Virus record (IMG/VR): IMGVR_UViG_3300048834_000258
Span: 9,568-73,567 of that record
Source of the DNA: a virus
DNA length: 64,000 nucleotides
Strand: one strand, 5' to 3'
Under the pieces are notes generated by a model. It saw nothing but the letters and a program-made list of their open reading frames with translations. It made no database searches and was not told the origin of the DNA. The position numbers and the translations under genes are program-made. Below, one piece after another: positions 49,295 through 57,046 of this stretch. The first letter of the stretch is position 1, and every line of letters starts with the position of its first letter.

Positions 49295-49657
49295 ATGAGT
49301 GTTTTTGGTGGATGGATCGGCGTGGACCTGGATGGCACACTCGCTGAATATGACGGATGGAAGGGGCCGGAACACATCGGCAAGCCCGTCCCGGCGATGG
49401 CCTTCCGCGTCAAGAAGTGGCTGGCTGAAGGAAAGGACGTGCGGATCTTCACGGCACGAGTGTCGCATGACGGGTCTCCCGCTCGCGTGGCCGATGCAGC
49501 AGATGCTTCTGACGCCATTTCTAGTTGGTGCAAAGAGAACTTCGGCCAACGACTTCCGATTACAAACCAGAAAGACTACGCCATGGTGGAACTGTGGGAC
49601 GACCGCTGCGTGCAGGTTGAACCCAACACCGGCAGAAGGGTGGATGGGAAGTCATGA
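49295..49657 (+). CDS. HAD-superfamily phosphatase
   Basis: GVDLDGTLA, IFTAR, TNQKD, WDDR. Confidence 0.85.
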   Translation: MSVFGGWIGVDLDGTLAEYDGWKGPEHIGKPVPAMAFRVKKWLAEGKDVRIFTARVSHDGSPARVADAADASDAISSWCKENFGQRLPITNQKDYAMVELWDDRCVQVEPNTGRRVDGKS

Positions 49658-50079
49658 GTGAACCGTTCAAGATGACGCCGGAAGAGATCAAGCAGGCGGA
49701 GGATATGTATGTCAACAGCGGGCCTTTCGGCTCACTGACGCAGGTGTTCAACAAATTCCCGCGAATCTACGCATTCAGGCCCTACCGAGAGGGAGAGGAA
49801 GTGGTTACGCTGGACCGGACTTCGCTTGTTGTGAACCATAGTGGTGGTGACAGACCGCACTTCATCCTCCGCCCGCGCAAGAAGGTCACCGTGACCGACT
49901 ACGTGTTTCGCGATACGGGGGAGACGCGGCTCCCAGACTACGGAGAGTGGTTTCGTTCTGGTGGGATGCTTGGCCTCGAAGATTATTTCCTGCAAGCGAT
50001 GCCGGGAAATCTCTACACCAAACGCGAACGGATCTACACCCGCGAGGAGATCACCCGCGAAATCGAGGTGGAGGAATGA
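49654..50079 (+). CDS. Repeat-domain protein, divergent member of the FRxP..GE family
   Basis: YAFRPYREGE...PHFILRPRKK and GETRLPDYGEWF; ends in VEE like its paralogs. Confidence 0.6.
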   Translation: MSEPFKMTPEEIKQAEDMYVNSGPFGSLTQVFNKFPRIYAFRPYREGEEVVTLDRTSLVVNHSGGDRPHFILRPRKKVTVTDYVFRDTGETRLPDYGEWFRSGGMLGLEDYFLQAMPGNLYTKRERIYTREEITREIEVEE

Positions 50080-50106
50080 TTCGGCGCAAAGCGCCGAAGA
50101 AATAGC

Positions 50107-50194
50107 TTGACAGATTTACCGCGAAGCGGTAAATTAGTAGTGGACCCTCCTCACGAGAGACGCCGCGATGCTTGCATCCGGCGTTTTTCGTTTT
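50107..50194 (+). ncRNA. Promoter + short RNA unit E7 (variant)
   Basis: TTGACA-17-TAAATT AGTAGT GGACCC...GACGCCG-C-GATGC TT GCATC-CGGCGTT TTTCGTTTT. Confidence 0.55.
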
Positions 50195-50231
50195 AGTTGA
50201 AATGATAAAATAGTCATAGGAGGCGTGTCCT

Positions 50232-50642
50232 ATGGCATTTACCTTTGTTAATGATGGGGAGCGAGTTGCCCTCGAACTTTTGCTCAACAAAACCGGGTCG
50301 TTGGCTAATACAGTTATGGGCCTGTACACCAACAACCAGTCGATCTCTAACGCGGTTGTTTTAGGCGACTTGACCGAGGCGACTGGCAGCGGCTATAGCG
50401 CGATTACCCTTACGGGAGCCAGTTGGACGATTACCGAGGGCGCTCCTACCAGCGCGGCTTTTCCCCAGCAGACCTTCACTTTCAGTGGAGCCATCGGTCC
50501 CATTTACGGCTACTTCATTAAGCATGGGACCACTTTGATCGGGCTTGAGGCTTTTTCGGCTGGCCCCTATACATACACGTCAGCCGGTGGTACCCTAAAG
50601 GTGACGGTCAATTTGACCGCAGGATCTTCAACCAACGACTAG
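50232..50642 (+). CDS. Virion structural protein (tail-fiber-associated)
   Basis: GLYTNN...LTEATGSGYSAITL...W...QTFTF...IYGYF motif common in phage tail modules. Confidence 0.7.
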   Translation: MAFTFVNDGERVALELLLNKTGSLANTVMGLYTNNQSISNAVVLGDLTEATGSGYSAITLTGASWTITEGAPTSAAFPQQTFTFSGAIGPIYGYFIKHGTTLIGLEAFSAGPYTYTSAGGTLKVTVNLTAGSSTND

Positions 50643-50649
50643 GAGACGC

Positions 50650-51030
50650 ATGAGACACACCTTCTTCCTTCTCTGGGCCGTCCTTTTGACGGCCCTTCTT
50701 TTGCCCGCGCAGACCGCACAGCGCAAGGTGACCCTTAATTGGGATCACCCAGACGCGAACGTCACGTTCAACGCCTACATTTCTCCTGGAGATTGCCTGA
50801 CGACTCCGACGTTTGTGAAGCACAACACCGCGCCCATCACGGCGAAGACCTATGAGATTACGGGGCTTGCCGAGGGCACGTACTGTTTCGCGGTGCGAGC
50901 CGAGCGGGACACGCTGGAGTCTGGAAACAGTAACTTGGCCAGTGCCATTGTTGGCCCGCCGCCCGTCGTTCCTGGCGCTCCGACCGGGCTTAGCTTGAGC
51001 GTGTCGGTGACGGTAACCGTTAACCCCTAA
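50650..51030 (+). CDS. FN3-domain protein with signal peptide
   Basis: Hydrophobic N-terminus; VTLNW...YCFAVRA...ESGNSN...PGAPTGL. Confidence 0.75.
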   Translation: MRHTFFLLWAVLLTALLLPAQTAQRKVTLNWDHPDANVTFNAYISPGDCLTTPTFVKHNTAPITAKTYEITGLAEGTYCFAVRAERDTLESGNSNLASAIVGPPPVVPGAPTGLSLSVSVTVTVNP

Positions 51031-52631
51031 TGCGCGTACTGATCGCTCTCTTGTGGGTGGCACTGGCGTTCGCGCAGCCGGTGCCGCCTACTAACCTTCG
51101 GGCGTCTACCAAACCCATGGCCACTTTCGTACAAGGCGCAGTTCCCACATCGGCGGCAGATCCGATCAGTTGCACGTTCTCTTCGGCTCCGACCGAGGGA
51201 AATCTGCTGATTGCGGCGATGTCCGAGCGGAGCGGGAATAGCACGACAAACCACACCATCAGTGGAAGCGGCTGGACAAAGCGGGTGGGGCGTGATGTGT
51301 CGCTACCATCGGGCGACAATAGACGCACCCTCACGATCTGGACGAAAGTAGCGGGAGCCTCAGAGCCGTCTACCATCACAATGGATGATGGCGGGTCCGG
51401 TACATCAAAAAACGGTTTCGTCGCAGAGTACGCGCTGGAGAGCGGCGAAGACACCTGGGAATTTCTGGAAGCCGTATCAAACGACAACGGGGAAACCGAT
51501 AACGCCACGAGTCTAGCCACCGGGACCACATCGTCGTTGTCTGGCACGCAGATGGTGGTGTTTGGCGTTGGATCGATGAAGGCGGCGAGCGGCGCTCCAT
51601 CGGGCCATACCTGGGCGTCCGCGACGTTGACTGCTAATGTCAGTTCCTACCCGAGTGGCTTGGGCAGCTACGGGATGTGGCTCGGCATCGCGTCCGCGAA
51701 CAGTGATAGCGCGGGGACGAAAGCCTCCACGATGACGATGGGTGGCGGCCCGTCGAATGACGGGCTTACCGCTGCGATCCTGGTTTTCAATTTGGTGAGT
51801 GGCGGAGGTGGCGACGATTACACCCACTCTGGTACCGGAGCTTTAGCCCTTTCTGGTTCCAATACCACAGTTCTAGACACCATTGTAAGCTCTTCTGGCA
51901 ACCTAGCCGTTTCGGGCACTACCGGGATTGTGCTAGAGGCCATTGTCACCACTTCGGGGGCATTGACATTTACGGGGAGTCACGCTGCGGTCCTTGAAGC
52001 CATCGCAGCCGTTTCCGGCAACTTGACGCTATCTGGTAGTGCGGCTGTTGCACCTGATTGGGTAGTTAGTAGCTCCGGTGGTTTTCTATTAGGCGGCACG
52101 GGAGAACCTGTGCCCGGCTTCGATCTACTGGGAACCGGGGCGCTTTCCCTGGGCGGCTCCGTCAGCGTAGAGTTTACCGAATCTGGCGATATTGTGTACT
52201 CCGGTACTGGCCATCTAGCCCTAGCCGGTGCTGCCTCCATTGTCCTAGACGCGATCACCTCTCAGTCGGGCAACCTCGCTTTAGGAGGCTCGGGCGCTAT
52301 CGCCCCCGACTTCCTCATTGCGGGTACGGGGGCTCTCAGCTTAGCGGGTAGTTCGGCGCTTGTGCCCGAGTTTGTGCTTACGCCCTCGGGCAATTTGGCC
52401 CTAAGTGGCTCGATTGCGACTGAAGCTAACTTTGTCGTGGCGGTTTCGGGCGACCTGGAGTTGGGCGGAACGGCAGTCGTTGCGTATACCGGCCCCGTCT
52501 CTACGCAAGTAGCAACTTCTACAATTGTAGTAGTTCCGTGTGTGGCTACCGTGGTAAAATTAGATCATAGGACTGTTTTACTGCTACAGAAGCCCCGCAC
52601 GGAGGTCTCTTTATGGAAAGACATCACGTAG
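51030..52631 (+). CDS. Tail-fiber-like protein with signal peptide and SGxLxLxG repeats
   Basis: MRVLIALLWVALAFA-Q; about 12 repeats of ~20 aa in the C-terminal half. Confidence 0.65.
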   Translation: MRVLIALLWVALAFAQPVPPTNLRASTKPMATFVQGAVPTSAADPISCTFSSAPTEGNLLIAAMSERSGNSTTNHTISGSGWTKRVGRDVSLPSGDNRRTLTIWTKVAGASEPSTITMDDGGSGTSKNGFVAEYALESGEDTWEFLEAVSNDNGETDNATSLATGTTSSLSGTQMVVFGVGSMKAASGAPSGHTWASATLTANVSSYPSGLGSYGMWLGIASANSDSAGTKASTMTMGGGPSNDGLTAAILVFNLVSGGGGDDYTHSGTGALALSGSNTTVLDTIVSSSGNLAVSGTTGIVLEAIVTTSGALTFTGSHAAVLEAIAAVSGNLTLSGSAAVAPDWVVSSSGGFLLGGTGEPVPGFDLLGTGALSLGGSVSVEFTESGDIVYSGTGHLALAGAASIVLDAITSQSGNLALGGSGAIAPDFLIAGTGALSLAGSSALVPEFVLTPSGNLALSGSIATEANFVVAVSGDLELGGTAVVAYTGPVSTQVATSTIVVVPCVATVVKLDHRTVLLLQKPRTEVSLWKDIT

Positions 52632-52912
52632 TTAAGGATACTAAATGCCGTCTTACCTGCACTTTCTACGACATTTCGAACGCGCTGGCCGATCCTACCA
52701 CAGTGACCTTCTCGATTAAGCTGCCTGCGGGCACGACCACCACATACACCTACGGAACCGATGCGGAGTTGGTGCGGTCTTCGACTGGTGTTTACTACGT
52801 GGATTTCCTGTTTAACGCCAAAGGCGCGTACATTTACCGCTTTCTGGGTGCTGGTTCGGTGGGTGCGCCGGGTGAGGGTACCGTGGACGTTGCCGAGAGT
52901 GCTCTAGCCTAA
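52613..52912 (+). CDS. Small Ig-like virion protein
   Basis: ADPTTVTF...P.G...STGVYYVD...G.Y.YRF. Confidence 0.65.
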   Translation: MERHHVVKDTKCRLTCTFYDISNALADPTTVTFSIKLPAGTTTTYTYGTDAELVRSSTGVYYVDFLFNAKGAYIYRFLGAGSVGAPGEGTVDVAESALA

Positions 52913-52942
52913 ATGCTAAAATAGTCATAGGAGACTGAACCT

Positions 52943-53218
52943 ATGGCCTTTTTGCAGATTTTCGCTTTGATTCCCGTCCTCTGGGAACTTCTGGAGCGCA
53001 TCATCAAGACTGTTGAGACCGAGGAGCTTCCTGGGTCTGAGAAGAAGCAGCTTGCGCTCGACGCGCTCAAATCCCTGGTCGAAGTAGTTGGGTCGATCCC
53101 TGGCGTGAAGGGCAAATTCTCTGCCGACTTTGTGGTCAACCTCGCTATCCCTATCATTGACATTGTTGTTGGCATTTTCAATGCCATCGGCATCTTCCGC
53201 AAGAAACCTGCCGCCTAA
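52943..53218 (+). CDS. Holin-like protein
   Basis: Hydrophobic ends, GSEKKQLA motif, basic C-terminus; upstream of the putative endolysin. Confidence 0.5.
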   Translation: MAFLQIFALIPVLWELLERIIKTVETEELPGSEKKQLALDALKSLVEVVGSIPGVKGKFSADFVVNLAIPIIDIVVGIFNAIGIFRKKPAA

Positions 53219-53240
53219 AGGCAGTGCCGGGACTTCGACC

Positions 53241-53786
53241 ATGACGCGCACAGAACTTATTTCCATGATGGCGGATGCCATCGAAATCAAGGAGGGGTAC
53301 CACGCTAGACCGGGGCACCCCGACTATCCGACCATTCCGCAGCAGCTTTGTAACCCTGGCAACGTTCGGCGCTGGAGTGCCAAGCATCCGACAGCTTACG
53401 GTTACATCGACTTCTATCAATGGGAGTTGAACAAGACCGGCTCGGTCGAGCCGCTTATGCCGCGCCGCCCTGTTCGGTCTGCCTCCAAAAAGCAGCGCCG
53501 CGAAACCTTAGATAAAATTCTAAGCGAAATGGCGAAGCGGCCCGCAGAGCGCGTCCGTTCGGCCCAAGCCGAAGGTCGCAGGGTGCTCGAAGCACTGATC
53601 GGCCAGTACATTGACGGGAAGTACACGAACGGGAAGTCGCCTTCGATGCTCGGCATGTTCCAGGTGTACGCGCCGTCTTCGGACGGCAACGAGCCGTTCA
53701 CTTACGCGCAGTTTGTAGGAGAACGGTGCGGGTTCGACCGCAAGACGATTATGGAAACGCCTCTAAAGGAGTTAGTTAGTGACTAA
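53241..53786 (+). CDS. Putative lysozyme-fold endolysin / lytic protein
   Basis: AI...EG, NPGNVR and YAPSSDGNEP..YAQFV motifs. Confidence 0.6.
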   Translation: MTRTELISMMADAIEIKEGYHARPGHPDYPTIPQQLCNPGNVRRWSAKHPTAYGYIDFYQWELNKTGSVEPLMPRRPVRSASKKQRRETLDKILSEMAKRPAERVRSAQAEGRRVLEALIGQYIDGKYTNGKSPSMLGMFQVYAPSSDGNEPFTYAQFVGERCGFDRKTIMETPLKELVSD

Positions 53787-54000
53787 CGAACATCTCGACC
53801 GAATTTTTACCTACCGCGCCCCTTTCGGGGATCAGCCGGAAAGGTACGTCAAGATTAGGCAAGCCGCCAAAGATTTCGCGCAATTGGTGCAGGATGCGTG
53901 TCCCGAATCTCGGGAGAAATCCACTGCTCTGACAAACATTCAACAGGCGGTGATGTGGGCAAATGCCAGCATCGCCATCAACGAGGAGCAAAGCTCATGA
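53779..54000 (+). CDS. Acb2/Tad1-hairpin-like protein (candidate signalling-nucleotide sponge)
   Basis: FTYRAP...RY..IR...CPESREKSTALTNIQQAVMWANASIA. Confidence 0.65.
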   Translation: MTNEHLDRIFTYRAPFGDQPERYVKIRQAAKDFAQLVQDACPESREKSTALTNIQQAVMWANASIAINEEQSS

Positions 54001-54203
54001 GTAAATTCACTGAATGGTTGGAGGGCGAGGGTGCCAAGATCTTTACGATGAGCGCCCTTTGTCTGGTGTTTTTCGCGGCGGAAGTGGCGATCAAGGTTTG
54101 GGTGCCGGAGAGCGAGCAGCTTCAGGGGCAGATCGGCTCGATTGCCGCTGGCTTTGGCGGAGCGTTGCTCGCGATCCTACGACCTCCGCAGGCGACGAAA
54201 TAA
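53997..54203 (+). CDS. Two-TM holin-like protein
   Basis: Two hydrophobic segments; ATGA coupling. Confidence 0.5.
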   Translation: MSKFTEWLEGEGAKIFTMSALCLVFFAAEVAIKVWVPESEQLQGQIGSIAAGFGGALLAILRPPQATK

Positions 54204-54208
54204 CGGCG

Positions 54209-54280
54209 AAAACTCAAAACCCCAGACGACCGTCCGCATTGCGGAGCGGCCATCCTGGGGTCTACAACTAGTCTAACACA
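54209..54280 (-). ncRNA. Promoter + short RNA unit E8
   Basis: TGTGTTAGACT AGTTGT AGACCCCAG-G-ATGGCCG-C-TCCGC AAT GCGGA-CGGTCGT-CTGGGGTT TT. Confidence 0.6.
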
Positions 54281-54335
54281 ACTCGCGGCGGTTGCGAAGC
54301 AAATGTTACAATAGAAAGAGGGAGGAACCTGCACT

Positions 54336-54617
54336 ATGGCTCAACCGAAGATTGGATCTGTTCCGTTCACGAAGATGCTGACGGCGAACGTCAACCCGGC
54401 TGAAGTGGCGGCGAATACGTCGGCGGCTCAGACGTTTACGATTGATGGGCTGCGGACGAATATGTTTCCGATTGTGACCGCGCCGAGTTTGGCGGCTGGT
54501 TTGGTGATTTCTCACGCCTGGGTGAGCGCCAACAATACGCTTTCGGTGGTTTTCGGGAATTTGACGGGCACGCCGATTGACGACGCCGCTCAGGATATCT
54601 TTGTCTATATTCCGTAA
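54336..54617 (+). CDS. Small virion protein
   Basis: PAEVAANTSAAQTFTI.GL...VSANNTL...F.N.TG.PID; own promoter and RBS GGAGG. Confidence 0.65.
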   Translation: MAQPKIGSVPFTKMLTANVNPAEVAANTSAAQTFTIDGLRTNMFPIVTAPSLAAGLVISHAWVSANNTLSVVFGNLTGTPIDDAAQDIFVYIP

Positions 54618-54626
54618 GGGGGTGCT

Positions 54627-54995
54627 ATGCCGGTAGAAGACTATCAAGAGATCGAACTGACGATTCCGGCAGGTGCGGCAATTTCGGCGGCTAAGAATGT
54701 GTCGGGACCGATTGTGGCAGTCTACATCCCGAGTGGGTGGACAGCCGCAAGACTGGGGTTTGACGGGTGGGTGACGGGGACTACCTATGCACCTCTCCGA
54801 ACCTCCGCAGGGGCGCTGGTGGGCGTAGCCGGGATTAGCACGTCAGCCGCAGGCTGGTACGCGGTACCGGAGAAGGAACTTACGGGCACTTCGAAGGCGA
54901 TTAAACTGACTAGCTTTAATACGGCCAGCGAGGCTGCGGTCAATCAGGTGAGTGCGATGACGGTAAAGGTCCGATTCGGTAGTCGCTTGATTTAG
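54627..54995 (+). CDS. Small virion beta protein
   Basis: TIPAG..IS...PSGWTAA.L.F pattern. Confidence 0.6.
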   Translation: MPVEDYQEIELTIPAGAAISAAKNVSGPIVAVYIPSGWTAARLGFDGWVTGTTYAPLRTSAGALVGVAGISTSAAGWYAVPEKELTGTSKAIKLTSFNTASEAAVNQVSAMTVKVRFGSRLI

Positions 54996-55081
54996 AAAGA
55001 GTAGCTTAGAAATCTAAATAAGGGGGGGCGCTGGCCCTCCCTTTTCATTTGGTAAAATAGAGGGAGAGGCACATCCCCACT

Positions 55082-57046
55082 ATGCGCTACATTTTTGCCC
55101 TCCTTTTTGCCGTTTCTTTGGCTTTTGGCCAACAGATCGATTTGAAGTCGCAGTCCCGGAATGCGGACTTTTCGACCCACGCCTTTATTAAACCTTGGGT
55201 GATTGGTACCTCTTTGCCCGCTACCTGTAGCGTAGGGAGTGCCTTCTTTGATTCGGATGCGACCGCAGGGCAGAATGTCTATGTGTGTACGGCTACGAAT
55301 ACCTGGACGTTATCTAGCGGTTCTACGGGCGGTCTTACCGCCAGCCGCGCTCTTCAGAGCGACGGAAGCGGGAACGTGGCTGTTTCGAGCGTGACCTCTA
55401 CGGAGTTGGGGTATTTGTCTGGGGTTACGTCTGCATTGCAGACGCAATTGAATGCGAAGTTGTCTTCGACACCTCCGGGGTCAAGTGGTCAATTTATCTA
55501 CAACAATGCAGGGGCATTCGGCGCTAAGGCGCTAGCTAATAGCGATTTGCCAGCTTCAATTGATTTTACAACTAAGACAGTGACGGCTCCGGTAAAGGCG
55601 GGCACTTCGGCTCCGGGTACTTGCGTGGTTTCGGAACTCTTTTTCGACACCGACGCAACTGCCGGATTGAATATGTTTGGATGTACTGCCACTGATACCT
55701 GGACGCTTTTAGGAGACGGCGGCTCTGGCGGCGGCCTTGCTGACCCAGGCGGTAATGGCGTAGTCGTCCGCACATCCAGCGGCGTTACTACGAATCGCAC
55801 GATCACCGCAGGCACGGGTATTGCAATAGCGAACGGCGATGGCGTTTCTGGAAACCCTACGGTATCAATCAACACGGCGGAAATGTCCACCACGGCTACG
55901 TTGCAGAGCGGGGCACCGTTTATCTGCCAGTCGGCATCTGGCAGCGGCGCGAACTATACCTGTTCGATGTCTCCTGCGCTTGGAGCGTACACCGAGGGTA
56001 TGGTCATTTGGTGGACGCCTGACGTATCCTGTGCGGGCGGGGCGACCCAGATCAACGTCAACAGCATTGGCAATGTGAACGTGAAAGCTGCCGACGGGAC
56101 GACCAACCCCACGGCGGCGCAGTGCGTGGCGGGCCGTCAGGAACCGATCTGGTACGACGGCACCGTGTTCCGGTTGCCTCCTGCGAGTTCTGGTGGCGGA
56201 ATTTCCAACGTCGTAGAGGACACCACGCCCCAGTTGGGCGGCGATCTGGACGCCAACAGCTTCAAGATTACGGGGGGAACGATCATCACCGGCCAGACGG
56301 CCAAGACCACGCCGATTGGTGCGGATAGCATTCTGCTGAGCGATTCGGCGGCGAGCGGGGCGTTGAAGAAAGTAACGCTAGATGAACTATTTGATAGTTT
56401 CGCGAAAGACCCGGCAAGGGTCTACCGGCACGATGAGTTCCTGTCTGGGGCAAGAGAGACATTTTACAATGGATCGCTTGGGTGGGATTATGACGGGTCA
56501 AGTAGCCCGTCTATTATTGCGGCGGTCGCTGGGAGACCTGGTGTTTTACGGCTAACGACCACTACCGCCGACGACAACGTGATTCGGTTTATCCAGGGCG
56601 GCTCCGAACCAGGCATCCATCAGACGGACTTGACCGGGTACGTGGGATGGTGGCATCGATTTCGCGTTCGGCCAAACAGTACGGCAGCTCGATATAACAT
56701 CGGGCTGTTGGGCGGTGGCTTTGCTTTTGATCGCGGCGTGTCGTTGTCCTATGATTCCGACACTGATACAAATTGGCAGTGTACTTACGACGAGGGAGTT
56801 GCGGCTACAGTATTCGTGGATAGTGGGGTGGCCTATAGTGCCGCTTCGTGGATCGTTGTGGATGTCTATAGCGATACGCTAGGCGGAGTGCGGGTGGCCA
56901 TCAATGGCACGGCATGCGCGAATCGCACGACAAGTCTGCCAGACTCCGGCGTGCAAGCGGCTGTTCGCGCACAAACGCGAGTCTCTGGAACGGCGGCCAC
57001 GATCGATATTGACTCCTACTCGTCTATCTTGGTGGTAAACAGATGA
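55082..57046 (+). CDS. Tail-fiber-like protein with signal peptide
   Basis: MRYIFALLFAVSLAFG-Q; duplicated P.TC.V...FFD.DATAG.N...CTAT.TW module; VTSTELGYLSGVTSALQTQLNAK and DTTPQLGGDLD fiber motifs. Confidence 0.75.
   Translation: MRYIFALLFAVSLAFGQQIDLKSQSRNADFSTHAFIKPWVIGTSLPATCSVGSAFFDSDATAGQNVYVCTATNTWTLSSGSTGGLTASRALQSDGSGNVAVSSVTSTELGYLSGVTSALQTQLNAKLSSTPPGSSGQFIYNNAGAFGAKALANSDLPASIDFTTKTVTAPVKAGTSAPGTCVVSELFFDTDATAGLNMFGCTATDTWTLLGDGGSGGGLADPGGNGVVVRTSSGVTTNRTITAGTGIAIANGDGVSGNPTVSINTAEMSTTATLQSGAPFICQSASGSGANYTCSMSPALGAYTEGMVIWWTPDVSCAGGATQINVNSIGNVNVKAADGTTNPTAAQCVAGRQEPIWYDGTVFRLPPASSGGGISNVVEDTTPQLGGDLDANSFKITGGTIITGQTAKTTPIGADSILLSDSAASGALKKVTLDELFDSFAKDPARVYRHDEFLSGARETFYNGSLGWDYDGSSSPSIIAAVAGRPGVLRLTTTTADDNVIRFIQGGSEPGIHQTDLTGYVGWWHRFRVRPNSTAARYNIGLLGGGFAFDRGVSLSYDSDTDTNWQCTYDEGVAATVFVDSGVAYSAASWIVVDVYSDTLGGVRVAINGTACANRTTSLPDSGVQAAVRAQTRVSGTAATIDIDSYSSILVVNR

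Noticed and set aside
10642-54280. GTTGTAGAC units as a CRISPR array or Cas12a/Cas13 repeat mimics
   Set aside because: The copies are dispersed, not arrayed. The resemblance to GTTGTAGAT (Cas12a) or TAGACCACCCC (Cas13a) repeats is only 8-10 nt, lacks the cognate repeat hairpin, and partly falls upstream of the predicted +1.
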